Of a stretch of DNA of 64,000 nucleotides, positions 8,635-18,023 are shown one piece after another. This DNA comes from Candidatus Heteroscillospira lomanii. GTDB lineage: Bacteria; Bacillota; Clostridia; Oscillospirales; Oscillospiraceae. The notes under the pieces are model-generated. The model had not been told where the DNA came from. It saw nothing but the letters and a program-made list of their open reading frames with translations, and did not search any database. The position numbers were made by a program, and so were the translations under genes. Positions within the stretch are counted from its first letter, which is position 1, and every line of letters begins with the position of its first letter. Location of the stretch: contig CAJFRI010000001.1 in assembly GCA_904419385.1 (NCBI GenBank), positions 5,098 through 69,097 of the forward strand, written 5' to 3'.

Positions 8635-9534
8635 ATGAAAAAACTTATGTTTCTTGTCAATCCGAATGCGGGCAAAGGCGGATGGCGCAGCTCTGTCGGC
8701 GCGGTGCTCGAGGTGTTTTACAGCGCGGGCTATCTGCCGGAGGTGTATTTCACCGCCGGCCCGGGCGACGCCACGCGCCTCACGCGGGAAAACGCGCAGA
8801 GATACGAGCTGCTCGTGTGCATGGGCGGCGACGGCACGCTCAGCGAGGTCGCCTCTGGCCTGACCGGGCTGCCCGGCGCGCCGGAGCTCGGATACATCCC
8901 GATGGGCACGGCAAACGACGTGGCCACCTGCCTGCATCTGAGCCGCGACCCTGTCGAGGCCGCGGAGACCGTTGCGACGGGCAAGGCCATGCCCATGGAC
9001 ATAGGCTGCTTCAACGGAGGCAGCTGCTTCACTTACGTCGCGGCGTTCGGCGCGTTCACCGACGTGAGCTATCAGACGCCGCAGCAGAACAAGCAGGCCC
9101 TCGGCCATCTGGCATATGTCATCGAGGGAGTGGCCAGGCTGCCAAAGCTCGCGGCGGCGCACGCCGTCGTGGAGTATGACGGCGGCGTGATAGAGGGCGA
9201 CTTTATCTTCGGCGGCGTCACGAACTCGACCTCGCTCGCCGGGATGATACATCTCGACGAGGAGCTCGTGAGCCTGAGCGACGGCGAGTTCGAGCTCCTG
9301 CTCGTGCGCACGCCGCAGAACTTTGTCGACCTCCAGGCCGCGTTCACGGAGTTCTTGAAGAAGAACTACGACGGCGAGCAGATAAAGCTCCTGCACACGC
9401 GCGAGGTGCGCTTCAGCTTTCCGCAGCCGGTCGCCTGGACGCGCGACGGCGAGAACGGCGGCGAGCACAGCGAGGTGCATCTCAAAAACATCCACAACGC
9501 CATACGCATCAGGGTCAGCCCCGACAGGTGCTGA
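8635..9534 (+). CDS. diacylglycerol/lipid kinase family protein (YegS/BmrU type)
   Basis: [37 protein letters not shown] motifs. Confidence 0.85.
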   Translation: MKKLMFLVNPNAGKGGWRSSVGAVLEVFYSAGYLPEVYFTAGPGDATRLTRENAQRYELLVCMGGDGTLSEVASGLTGLPGAPELGYIPMGTANDVATCLHLSRDPVEAAETVATGKAMPMDIGCFNGGSCFTYVAAFGAFTDVSYQTPQQNKQALGHLAYVIEGVARLPKLAAAHAVVEYDGGVIEGDFIFGGVTNSTSLAGMIHLDEELVSLSDGEFELLLVRTPQNFVDLQAAFTEFLKKNYDGEQIKLLHTREVRFSFPQPVAWTRDGENGGEHSEVHLKNIHNAIRIRVSPDRC

Positions 9535-9548
9535 GCCGGGGAGGAGAT

Positions 9549-10007
9549 ATGCTGAAGACTGTCACGCTTTACACCGACGGGGCCTGCTCCGGCAACCCCG
9601 GCCCCGGCGGCTGGGGCGCCATCCTGGTCTACAAGGACTGGAAAAAGGAACTGCACGGCGGCGACTCCATGACGACGAACAACCGCATGGAGCTCACCGG
9701 CGCGATAGAGGGGCTCAAGGCGCTCAAGGAGGTCTGCCGGGTCGAGCTGTATTCCGACTCGAAGTATCTGGTCGACGCCATGGAAAAGGGCTGGGCCGTG
9801 TCCTGGCGGGCGCACGGCTGGCGCAAGGCCGACAAGAAGCCTGCGCTCAACTCCGACCTGTGGCGCGAGCTGCTCGAGCTCGTCGAGAAGCACGACGTGC
9901 ACTTCCACTGGGTGAAGGGGCACGCCGACAACCCATACAACAACAGATGCGACGAGATGGCCGTCGCCGAGTGGCAGGCCATCAAAAAGCGGCTCGGCAT
10001 GGTCTGA
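9549..10007 (+). CDS. rnhA: ribonuclease HI
   Basis: [57 protein letters not shown] lies upstream of ATG 9549. Confidence 0.93.
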   Translation: MLKTVTLYTDGACSGNPGPGGWGAILVYKDWKKELHGGDSMTTNNRMELTGAIEGLKALKEVCRVELYSDSKYLVDAMEKGWAVSWRAHGWRKADKKPALNSDLWRELLELVEKHDVHFHWVKGHADNPYNNRCDEMAVAEWQAIKKRLGMV

Positions 10008-10033
10008 GCCGCATTTCAAAGGAGGAGATACTG

Positions 10034-10711
10034 TTGCAGCTGACTGCGATACAGTGCGCCGTCGAGGCCGAGGCGGCCCCGCTGCTCGGGCGCATGACGG
10101 ACAGAGAGGAGACGGAGCGCTGCTCGCTGCGCTTCGTGCGCGGCCGGATAAACGGGCACGACTGCGTCGTCGTCCGCTCCGGCATGGGCAAGGTGAACGC
10201 CGCGGCCGCCGCCCAGTGCATGATAGACACGTTTTCGCCCGCGCGGCTCATAGTCTCCGGCGTGGGCGGCAGCCTGTGCAGGGAGCTGCGCCTGTTCGAC
10301 CTCACGCTCTGCGAGAAGACCACGCATCACGACCTGCCCATGGCCGCCGTGCGCGCCGACTACCCGAAGATGGACTCCGACTGGTTCGTGCCCGACGCGG
10401 CCCTCGCCGCCGCGTGCAGGAGGGCGCGGCCTGAGATAAAGGGCGGCGTCTATCTCACGGGCGAGGCGTTCATCGACAACGAGGGCAGGGCCTCCCTCTC
10501 CGAGCGCTTCGGCGCCGAGGGGCTCATCAGCGCCGATATGGAGACGGCCGCCGCCGCTCAGGTGTGCCGCGCGGCGGGTGTGCCGTTCTGCTGCGTGCGC
10601 GCGATCTCGGACACGGAGGAGGAGCGCGGCTTCGACGCGTTCCTCAAAAATGTCGCCGAGGCCTCGGTCATCGCGGCCGCCGCCGTCGCCGACATGCTCG
10701 AATACATATAA
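10034..10711 (+). CDS. mtnN: 5'-methylthioadenosine/S-adenosylhomocysteine nucleosidase
   Basis: SGMGKVNAAAAAQ, SGVGGSL, ADMETAAAAQVC. Probable TTG start at 10034, 8 nt after AGGAGG; the ORF-track extension overlaps rnhA and was rejected. Confidence 0.82.
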   Translation: MQLTAIQCAVEAEAAPLLGRMTDREETERCSLRFVRGRINGHDCVVVRSGMGKVNAAAAAQCMIDTFSPARLIVSGVGGSLCRELRLFDLTLCEKTTHHDLPMAAVRADYPKMDSDWFVPDAALAAACRRARPEIKGGVYLTGEAFIDNEGRASLSERFGAEGLISADMETAAAAQVCRAAGVPFCCVRAISDTEEERGFDAFLKNVAEASVIAAAAVADMLEYI

Positions 10712-10727
10712 ATCGGAGGAAAATGCC

Positions 10728-11105
10728 ATGAACAAGACGATAAGCACTCCCGGTGCGCCCGCCGCCATCGGGCCTTACAGCCAGGCGGTCGAGGCCGGCG
10801 GCTTCATATTCACCTCCGGCCAGCTGCCGCTCGACCCAGAGTCGGGCGGGATGCCCGAGGGCATAGCCGAGTGCACCCGCCGCTCGCTCGAGAACATAAA
10901 GGCCATACTCGAGGCCGCGGGCTCGGGTATGGACAAGATCGTCAAGACCACCGTGTTCCTCGCGGACATGGACGACTTTGCCGCGATGAACGAGGTCTAC
11001 GCCGAGTACTTCTCCGGCGGCACGCTCCCCGCGCGCAGCGCCGTCCAGGTGGCAAAGCTGCCCCGCGGCGGCCGCGTGGAGATCGAGGCCGTCGCCGTGA
11101 AGTGA
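10728..11105 (+). CDS. ridA: RidA family reactive-intermediate deaminase
   Basis: APAAIGPYSQAV...FTSGQLPLDP...VKTTVFLADMDDFAAMNEVY...PARSAVQVAKLPRGGRVEIE. Confidence 0.92.
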   Translation: MNKTISTPGAPAAIGPYSQAVEAGGFIFTSGQLPLDPESGGMPEGIAECTRRSLENIKAILEAAGSGMDKIVKTTVFLADMDDFAAMNEVYAEYFSGGTLPARSAVQVAKLPRGGRVEIEAVAVK

Positions 11106-11117
11106 AGCTGGGAAAAT

Positions 11118-11148
11118 AAAAAGGCTCCGGGTGACCGGAGCCTTTTTT
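11118..11148. terminator. bidirectional terminator between ridA and the MBL hydrolase gene
   Basis: AAAAAGGCTCCGG-gtga-CCGGAGCCTTTTTT. Confidence 0.8.
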
Positions 11149-11156
11149 CATGCCCG

Positions 11157-11774
11157 TCAGCCCTGGAGGCCGGAGGCATAGCGCATGTAGTAGTTGAAGC
11201 GGCGCTCGCGCTCGAGCGTGGTGCTGTCCATGTGGCCGGGATATACCTCGTAGTCGCCGGGCAGCTCGGCCAGGCGGCGCAGCGAGCGCAGCAGCGTGTT
11301 CATGTCGCCGCCGGGCAGGTCGGTGCGCCCGCAGGAGTCGCGGAACAGCGTGTCGCCGGTGAAGAGCGCGTCGCCGCAGATGAGCGTGACGCTGCCGGGC
11401 GAGTGCCCCGGGGTCTCCATGACGCGGAACTCGAGCGAGCCCACGCGCATCACGTCGCCCTCGGAGTAGAGTATCGCGCCGTCGGGCGGGCTGTAGGCGA
11501 ACGGGGCGTTCTCCTCGGTGGCCTTGGTGTCGCGCTCGTTTATGCACACGGCGGCGCCGGTCTCCTCCGCGAGCGCGGCGACGGCCATGGTGTGGTCGTA
11601 GTGCCCGTGGGTGAGGAAGATGAAGCGGCAGCGGAGCTTGTGGTCCTCGAGGTAGTCGAGCACGGTGTTCGACTCATCGCCCGGGTCGATCACGGCGCAC
11701 TCGAGGGTGTCCTCGTCGGTGACGATGTAGCAGTTGGTCTCGAGCTGGCCGAGCTGAAAGTCTTTTATGAGCAT
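11157..11774 (-). CDS. MBL-fold metallo-hydrolase
   Basis: THGHYDH zinc motif, ETPGHSPG, and a glyoxalase-II-like layout. Start MLIKDFQLG at 11774. Confidence 0.85.
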   Translation of the reverse strand: MLIKDFQLGQLETNCYIVTDEDTLECAVIDPGDESNTVLDYLEDHKLRCRFIFLTHGHYDHTMAVAALAEETGAAVCINERDTKATEENAPFAYSPPDGAILYSEGDVMRVGSLEFRVMETPGHSPGSVTLICGDALFTGDTLFRDSCGRTDLPGGDMNTLLRSLRRLAELPGDYEVYPGHMDSTTLERERRFNYYMRYASGLQG

Positions 11775-11787
11775 GTGGCCCTCCTTA

Positions 11788-12231
11788 TCATTTCCTGTCG
11801 GTGTCAACGAGTATGGTGAGCGGCCCGTCGTTCACGGAGGCGACGGCCATGTCGGCGCCGAACTCGCCGGTCTCGACATGGAAGCCCTCCGCGCGGCAGA
11901 GCTCTATCACTTTTTCATAGAGCGGCACGGCCGTCTCCGGGCGCGCGGCCTCGGTGAAGCCCGGGCGGCGCTGGCGGCAGTCGCCGTAGAGCGTGAACTG
12001 CGAGACTATGAGTATCTCGGCCCCGGCGTCTTTCGGCGAGATGTTCATCTTGCCGTTTTCATCCTCGAATATGCGCATCCTGCATATCCTGTCGGCGACC
12101 CAGGCGGCCTCCGCCTCCGTGTCGGAGACGTGCACTCCCAGCAGGACGCACAGCCCCCTGCCTATCTTCGCGCGCACCTCTCCGCCTATGGCGACCGACG
12201 CCTCGGTCACCCGCGTGACCACAGCTCTCAT
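11788..12231 (-). CDS. dtd: D-aminoacyl-tRNA deacylase
   Basis: MRAVVTRV..., GLCVLLGV, VSQFTLYGD, and a 147-aa length. A 4-nt overlap with the relA stop. Confidence 0.93.
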   Translation of the reverse strand: MRAVVTRVTEASVAIGGEVRAKIGRGLCVLLGVHVSDTEAEAAWVADRICRMRIFEDENGKMNISPKDAGAEILIVSQFTLYGDCRQRRPGFTEAARPETAVPLYEKVIELCRAEGFHVETGEFGADMAVASVNDGPLTILVDTDRK

Positions 12232-14492
12232 TCTTTCTTACCTCCGCTCTCGGCGCTCAGGCGCCGTATTTTGCTCTTGCGTCCGGCGCGCAGCACCTCG
12301 AGCACCCCGCGTATGCCGCCGAGGCGGTGCATGATGGAGCGCAGCCCCTCGAGGTTTTTCACCTCGACCGTGATGGTGGCGACGGACAGGCCCTGCGTCA
12401 TGAGGTCGCGGGCGTTTATGCTGTGCACCACGGCGTTTATGGAGTTGAGCGCTGTGGCGATGTCCATGACGAGGCCGCTGCGCTGCGCCGAGGTGATGTG
12501 TATCGTGCACTGGTATTTCTCGCCGGAAGTGTCGTCGGCCCACGAGACCGGTATCCAGCGGCCGCCGTTCTGCTCGTCGAGCGTGGCGTTCACAAAGTTC
12601 GTGCACTCGCGGCAGTGCACCGACACGCCGTTCCCGCGCGTGATGAAGCCGACTATCTCGTCGCCGGGCACCGGCGTGCAGCAGCGGGCGAACTTCACGA
12701 GGCAGTTGTCTATGCCCTCGACCAGCACGCCGTGCACGGCTTTCTGCGGCTTGGCGTTTTTCTGGCGGCGGTCGACCTGCTCGTTGAGCTTGTCGAGCGC
12801 CGTCTTGCGCAGGGGCTTCTGCGCGCGGATGAGCTCGTCGCGTATGCGGTTGACGGCGCGGGTCGCTGTCATGCCGCCGTAGCCTATGGCGGCGAACATG
12901 TCGTCGAGCGTGCCGAAGCTCACCTTTTTGAGCAGCGTGGGCAGCACCTCGTCGTCGGTCACGGCGGCCATGCTTATCCCGGCGCGGCGCAGCTCCGACT
13001 CGAACATCTCGCGGCCGCGGAGGATGTTTTCCTCGCGCTTCTCCTTCTTGAACCACTGCTTTATCTTGGTGCGCGCCGTGCCGCTCTTGGCGATGTTCAG
13101 CCAGTCGCGGCTCGGGCCGGTGGAGTTCTTGGCGGTGATGATGTCGACTATGTCGCCGTTTTGCAGCTGGTGGCTGATGGGGACTATGCGCCCGTTTATC
13201 TTGGCGCCGACCATGTGGTTGCCGACGGCGGAGTGTATGCTGTAGGCAAAGTCTATGGGCGTGGCGCCGGCGGGCAGGTTTATAACGTCGCCCTTCGGCG
13301 AGAACACGAACACCTCGTCGGCGAACATGTCGACCTTGAGGTCATGGAAAAAGTCCTGCGATTCCGACTCCTGCTGGGTCTCGAGCAGGCGGCGGACCCA
13401 GGCGAAGCGCTCCTCGTCGCCGGCCTTGACGCCGGCCGTGCCCGATTTGTACTTCCAGTGCGCGGCGACGCCGTATTCGGCGGTGCGGTGCATGTCCCAG
13501 GTGCGTATCTGCACCTCAAACGGTATGCCCTCGGGGCCGATGACCGTCGTGTGTATGCTCTGGTAGCCGTTGGGCTTCGGCATGGAGATGTAGTCCTTGA
13601 AGCGGCCGGGCACGGGCTTGAACATGTCGTGTATATATCCGAGCACGTTGTAGCAGTCGTTTATCTCGTCGACTATGACGCGCAGGGCGCAGAGGTCGAA
13701 TATCTCCGACAGGTCGAGGTGCTGAGTGTACATCTTTCTGTATATGCTGTACAGATGCTTTATCCGGCTGTACACCGTGGCCTTGATGCCGTTTTCCTCG
13801 AGGCGGGCCTTTATGCGGTCCTCCATGCCGTGCATGAATCGCTCGAGTGCGGGCCGGCGCGACTCCAGCGCGTCGGTTATCTCCTTGTAGCCCACGGGGT
13901 CGAGATAGAGGAGCGACAGGTCCTCAAGCTCCCATTTCACGCGCTGCATGCCGAGGCGGTGCGCGATCGGGGCATAGATCTGCATGGTCTCGCGCGACTT
14001 GCTGCGCTGCTTCTCCGGGGTCTGATACTCCATGGTGCGCATGTTGTGCAGCCGGTCGGCGATCTTGATGAGTATGACGCGGATGTCCTTGCTCATGGCC
14101 ATGAGCATCTTGCGCATGTTCTCCATCTGCAGGTCCTCTTTCGAGGTGTACTGCACCCGCGTCAGCTTGGTGACGCCGTCGACTATGTCGGCGACCTCGG
14201 TGCCGAACTGCTTGGCGATGTCGTCGTACTCCAGCCCCGTGTCCTCGATGCAGTCGTGCAGCAGGGCGGCGACTATGGAGTCCTCGTCGAGGCCCATCTC
14301 GGCGGCTATCTGCGCGGCGGCGATGGCGTGCGTCACATACGGCGAGCCGTCTTTGCGCAGCTGGCCGCCGTGCGCCCGGTCGGCCACCTCGAAGGCCGCC
14401 CTGATGCGCCCGACGTCGGCCGACGGGTTGTATTTGAGCGCCGTTTTCTCGAGCTGCTCGTAGAGTTCTTCAACTGTCTTGTTTACTGCCAT
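12228..14492 (-). CDS. relA: bifunctional (p)ppGpp synthetase/hydrolase RelA/SpoT family
   Basis: HD domain (HLRKDGSPYVTHAIAAAQI..LHDCIEDT), synthetase (YISMPKPNGYQSIHTTV), plus TGS and ACT regions. Confidence 0.95.
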   Translation of the reverse strand: MAVNKTVEELYEQLEKTALKYNPSADVGRIRAAFEVADRAHGGQLRKDGSPYVTHAIAAAQIAAEMGLDEDSIVAALLHDCIEDTGLEYDDIAKQFGTEVADIVDGVTKLTRVQYTSKEDLQMENMRKMLMAMSKDIRVILIKIADRLHNMRTMEYQTPEKQRSKSRETMQIYAPIAHRLGMQRVKWELEDLSLLYLDPVGYKEITDALESRRPALERFMHGMEDRIKARLEENGIKATVYSRIKHLYSIYRKMYTQHLDLSEIFDLCALRVIVDEINDCYNVLGYIHDMFKPVPGRFKDYISMPKPNGYQSIHTTVIGPEGIPFEVQIRTWDMHRTAEYGVAAHWKYKSGTAGVKAGDEERFAWVRRLLETQQESESQDFFHDLKVDMFADEVFVFSPKGDVINLPAGATPIDFAYSIHSAVGNHMVGAKINGRIVPISHQLQNGDIVDIITAKNSTGPSRDWLNIAKSGTARTKIKQWFKKEKREENILRGREMFESELRRAGISMAAVTDDEVLPTLLKKVSFGTLDDMFAAIGYGGMTATRAVNRIRDELIRAQKPLRKTALDKLNEQVDRRQKNAKPQKAVHGVLVEGIDNCLVKFARCCTPVPGDEIVGFITRGNGVSVHCRECTNFVNATLDEQNGGRWIPVSWADDTSGEKYQCTIHITSAQRSGLVMDIATALNSINAVVHSINARDLMTQGLSVATITVEVKNLEGLRSIMHRLGGIRGVLEVLRAGRKSKIRRLSAESGGKKE

Positions 14493-14517
14493 TTCCCATC
14501 CCCCATTTCAGCCGGCG

Positions 14518-16530
14518 TCACCGGCGGTGCGCCTGCTCCGTGAGCGCGCGCATGAACGGCGCCTCGGAGAGGTCGGCCTTTTTCACGGTCTGTATCTGGC
14601 TCGCGGTGATGACGCCGCCGCTCTCGCCGAGCGACACGAGCCCCGCCTCGAAAAATACTCTCAGCGCGGCGCAGGCCGTCCCCGGGCCGAGTCCCGACGG
14701 CGCGAGCGCGATGAGCAGCTCATCCAATGTGCCGGACACGGTGCCGCCGCGCGAGCGGATGTGCCGCCAGAGGGCGGCGAAGTCCTCGCGCTCGGGGAGT
14801 ATCAGCCCGGCCTCGCCGTATTCCGGCAGCCCGCCGCTCAGCACCCTTGCGCAGAGCCCTCTCGGGTCGTGCTTCCTTATATCTGTGAGCACCAGCTGCA
14901 CGGAGCATCTGGCGCGGAACTCGTTCACCTGAGGGTAAAACGCTATATCCACCACGTCGCCCGCCCGGAGGCCGAGCTCGGAGCCCGTGTGCGAGAAGAA
15001 GACGCACTCGGCCCTCTGCCGCCCGCGCGACACGGTCATGCGCAGGTGGCGCCCGCCGCCCATCTCGCAGAGCGATTCGAGCCGCGCCGCGACAGTGCAC
15101 ATGCGCGGGCGGGGGTTGCCGCTGCCGCAGGGCTCGAGCTGGTCGAGGGAGCGCACGCCGGATATCGACAGCATGGACAGGTCGTCTATGCGCAGGTCTA
15201 TGTCCAGCCCCGGCGGCTCGGACGGCGGGTTCTCGGCGTAGTAGCGCGCGAGCGCCTCCTCAAAAGCCGGGATGTTCTCGCGGCTGATCGTGAGCCCGGC
15301 GGCGAGGGCGTGCCCCCCGAAGCCGTCGAGGTGCTCGGAGCAGGCGGTGAGCGCCTCGAAGATGTTGAAGCCAGGGCAGCTCCGGCAGGAGCCCTTGCCC
15401 CTGTCGCCGTCAAGGCATATCATCACCGAGGGCAGCCCCCAGCTCTCCGACAGGCGCGAGGCCACTATGCCGACGACGCCGGGGTGCCAGTCCTCGCCGA
15501 CGAGGACTATCGGCCGGCCCTCCGGGTGGGAGCGCAGCATCGACTGGGCCTCGAGCCATATCTCGTGCTCCGCGTCCTGGCGCTCGCGGTTGAGCTCACA
15601 GAGCTCGGCGGCAAGCTGCGCGGCGGCGGCGCCGTCGCGCTCGAGCAGCAGTTCGAGCGCTTTCCGCGTTTGCCCCATGCGCCCGGCGGCGTTGAGCCGG
15701 GGCGCTATGCTGAAGCCGACAGAGGTCGCCGTGATGCGTTTCTGGTCGGCGCCGGCCTCGTGCAGCAGGGCGCGCAGGCCCTCGCGCGGGTCGTTCTCGA
15801 GCTTTTCGAGCCCAGCGCGCACGACGGCGCGGTTTATCCCGTCGAGCGGCATGACGTCGGCAACGGTGCCGACGGCGACGAGGTCTGAGTATTCCCTCAG
15901 CATATCGTCCGGCCGGCCGGTGACGGCGCAGGCCACCATGAAGGCCACGCCGACTCCCGCGAGGTCGTGCCCGCTGCCGCCGCGCTTGGGATCGACGACG
16001 GCGGCCGCCTCCGGCAGCCCGCTCTGGCACTCGTGGTGGTCGGTTATGACGATGTCGCAGCCGAGTTCCTTCGCGCGGGAGGCCTCGGCCGCGGCGGTTA
16101 TGCCGCAGTCGACGCTCACGATGAGCGTCACGCCCGAGAGGGCGAGTTTTTCGACCGCGGGGATGTTCATGCCGTAGCCTTCGGAGATGCGGTCGGGTAT
16201 ATACGGCGTGCAGTCGAGCCCGAGCGAGCGCAGCAGCTCGGTCATCAGGCAGGTGGCGGTGACTCCGTCGACGTCGTAATCGCCGAAGACGGCGACTTTT
16301 TCGCGCTTTTCAACGGCCTCGCGTATCCGACTGGCGGCGCGATCCAGGTCGTCGAGCCGGACGTCGAGGAAGCTCTCGCGCCCGGCAAGGAAGTCTCTCG
16401 CGCTCTCGACGGTGTCGAAGCCGCGGCTGCTCAGCACGGCGGCGAGCAGCGGGGCGAGCCCCGCGTCGGTCAGCGCGCGGGGGACGGCCAGGTCCCCGCG
16501 CGGGATGTTCCAGCTTATTTTCTGCTTCAT
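14518..16530 (-). CDS. recJ: single-stranded-DNA-specific exonuclease RecJ
   Basis: DHH motifs (VFGDYDVDGVTA, SVDCG, ITDHH) and a DHHA1 GGH motif (GFGGHALAAG). Confidence 0.93.
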   Translation of the reverse strand: MKQKISWNIPRGDLAVPRALTDAGLAPLLAAVLSSRGFDTVESARDFLAGRESFLDVRLDDLDRAASRIREAVEKREKVAVFGDYDVDGVTATCLMTELLRSLGLDCTPYIPDRISEGYGMNIPAVEKLALSGVTLIVSVDCGITAAAEASRAKELGCDIVITDHHECQSGLPEAAAVVDPKRGGSGHDLAGVGVAFMVACAVTGRPDDMLREYSDLVAVGTVADVMPLDGINRAVVRAGLEKLENDPREGLRALLHEAGADQKRITATSVGFSIAPRLNAAGRMGQTRKALELLLERDGAAAAQLAAELCELNRERQDAEHEIWLEAQSMLRSHPEGRPIVLVGEDWHPGVVGIVASRLSESWGLPSVMICLDGDRGKGSCRSCPGFNIFEALTACSEHLDGFGGHALAAGLTISRENIPAFEEALARYYAENPPSEPPGLDIDLRIDDLSMLSISGVRSLDQLEPCGSGNPRPRMCTVAARLESLCEMGGGRHLRMTVSRGRQRAECVFFSHTGSELGLRAGDVVDIAFYPQVNEFRARCSVQLVLTDIRKHDPRGLCARVLSGGLPEYGEAGLILPEREDFAALWRHIRSRGGTVSGTLDELLIALAPSGLGPGTACAALRVFFEAGLVSLGESGGVITASQIQTVKKADLSEAPFMRALTEQAHRR

Positions 16531-16621
16531 ACTTCTATTTTACCAATCATAATATAATACTATATAATAACCCAAAATGTTACGCTTGGCAACGAAAATA
16601 TTGCGCCCCAGCCTGCACGTG

Positions 16622-16650
16622 TTGACATGGGGGCGCAAAGGTGTTATTTT
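16622..16650 (+). promoter_or_regulatory. candidate promoter of tRNA-Leu
   Basis: TTGACA (16622-16627), 17-nt spacer, TATTTT (16645-16650), about 15 nt before the tRNA 5' end. Confidence 0.45.
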
Positions 16651-16664
16651 TTATTCAATACCGC

Positions 16665-16751
16665 GCCGGTGTGGCGGAACTGGCAGACGCAAGGGACTTA
16701 AAATCCCTCGGCCGCGAGGCCATACGGGTTCGAGCCCCGTCACCGGCACCA
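16665..16751 (+). tRNA. tRNA-Leu (anticodon UAA), encoded CCA
   Basis: I folded it by hand. Acceptor GCCGGTG/CACCGGC; D-arm GCG-GAACTGGCAGA-CGC; anticodon stem AGGGA/TCCCT with loop CTTAAAA; long variable arm GGCC-gcga-GGCC (class II); T-arm ACGGG-TTCGAGC-CCCGT; discriminator A plus CCA. Confidence 0.95.
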
Positions 16752-16752
16752 C

Positions 16753-16790
16753 GTCGGAGCAAGCTTTGTATCGCTTGCTCCGACTTTTTT
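16753..16790 (+). terminator. Rho-independent terminator of tRNA-Leu
   Basis: 12-bp stem GTCGGAGCAAGC / GCTTGCTCCGAC, 8-nt loop, then TTTTTT. Confidence 0.85.
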
Positions 16791-16830
16791 CAAAAGTCAG
16801 AGCGCGCTCGCTCCGCTGCTCCTCCTTTTC

Positions 16831-17199
16831 AAACCGGACCCGCTGTCGCTGGGCTCCGGTTTGGGATGCCGCCCTGCGGGCGGCGTTTTATATTCGGGGA
16901 AAATATCGATTTTGACCGTCCTTTCTTTTTGGGTTTCACCGCCCGGAGGGCGGCTCCACCCTTAGATTTAAAATGCTCGGGACGGCGGAGCCGCCCCTGC
17001 GCCAAGGTTTTCACCTGCGGTGAAAACGCTTGTACGGCGCACTCGCGCCGCGGCCCTGAAGGGCCGTTGGGCGCGCTTGGCTTCAATTTTGCTTTGCCTG
17101 AATTCATGAGTGCAAATGCTGTAAGCACACCCGCGCCAGCTCGCCGCAAGGGCATATCGCTTGCGATGAGCTTTTTTATTTCGCGGCAGAGCTCATCGC
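16831..17199. repeat. cluster of at least 6 short GC-rich hairpin/palindromic units in non-coding DNA
   Basis: Hairpins seen at 16831-16862, 16868-16884 (GCCGCCC-tgc-GGGCGGC), 16948-16996 (GGGCGGCTCC...GGAGCCGCCC), 17007-17027 (GTTTTCACC-tgc-GGTGAAAAC), 17051-17066 (CGGCCC-tgaa-GGGCCG) and 17163-17199 (GCGATGAGC...GCTCATCGC). Confidence 0.6.
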
Positions 17200-17281
17200 G
17201 CGGCCTGTGGACAAAATTGTCCATTTACTTTTTGTTTTTATCCAGGTATCTTTGAATCGAGAGAGAAAGGGGGCGGTGCGC

Positions 17282-17923
17282 ATGAAAACTACCGGGCAAA
17301 AAATCAAGTCCCTTAGTGTTGCCCTGGGTTTAAGCCAGGAACAGCTGAGCGATATCATTGATGTTGCGCATAAGTCGATTTATCGTTACGAGACGGGAAA
17401 ATCCCTGCCGGATACAACTACACTAGTGAAATTGGCGATCTATTTTGACGTTTCGACAGACTATTTGCTTGGATTATCCGGCTTAAAAAATCAGAGCAGA
17501 GAGGAATACGGAAAGATCCGTCAATCCGGCAAGTACAACGAAATATACAAGCGATACCTTCAGAGCAGAGAGCCTCGTGATTTTGATGAAAACGAGACAT
17601 ACTTTTGGATCTTTTCGGCACGGCAGGATGGGGACATTGTATATGGCGGACAGACCGAGTGGTGCGGCTGGGCAGATGAAGCCAAAACGGTCGAGATCCG
17701 AAAGCTGAGGCCGGTCATTCCCGAGATCGCGTATAAATGGTGCTGCCAGGTCTATTCCAGGCCGATGATTATCACTGGTGAATACGATGCGGCGGTCTTT
17801 CGCATTTTTGGAGGGCAGGCGATTATCAGCCAAGAGGTCTGCGATGCATGTTTTCCGGAATTGGCAGAATTTCAAGGCCCTAATCCTCAATATAATATTG
17901 ACACCCTGGAGACCCCTTTTTAA
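17282..17923 (+). CDS. XRE-family HTH transcriptional regulator fused to an unrecognised ~150-aa C-terminal domain
   Basis: The N-terminus GQKIKSLSVALGLSQEQLSDIIDVAHKSIYRYETGKSLPDTTTLVKLAIYFDVSTDYLLG is a classic HTH_3/Cro-C1 fold. The C-terminal part (Cys/Trp-rich, ...WCGWADE...YKWCCQVY...) matches nothing I recognise. The gene is markedly AT-richer than its surroundings. Confidence 0.75.
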   Translation: MKTTGQKIKSLSVALGLSQEQLSDIIDVAHKSIYRYETGKSLPDTTTLVKLAIYFDVSTDYLLGLSGLKNQSREEYGKIRQSGKYNEIYKRYLQSREPRDFDENETYFWIFSARQDGDIVYGGQTEWCGWADEAKTVEIRKLRPVIPEIAYKWCCQVYSRPMIITGEYDAAVFRIFGGQAIISQEVCDACFPELAEFQGPNPQYNIDTLETPF

Positions 17924-17963
17924 TATGCGCCCATGCGCCGTAAAAACTGAACGCCGCACGGCA

Positions 17964-17992
17964 TTGACTCCCTGATAGCGGCGTGGTATCAT
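17964..17992 (+). promoter_or_regulatory. candidate promoter of the 18024 gene
   Basis: TTGACT (17964-17969), 17-nt spacer, TATCAT (17987-17992). Confidence 0.45.
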
Positions 17993-18023
17993 GTCGCTGG
18001 AAATATAAAGGGGGGCTCAGACA

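Noticed and set aside
16641-17255. A 204-aa + strand ORF and a 131-aa minus-strand ORF (16829-17224) cover the tRNA-Leu flank.
   Set aside because: The + ORF reads straight through the tRNA and its terminator. Both are highly basic low-complexity sequences without an SD or any recognisable domain. I treated the region as non-coding (see the hairpin-tract finding).
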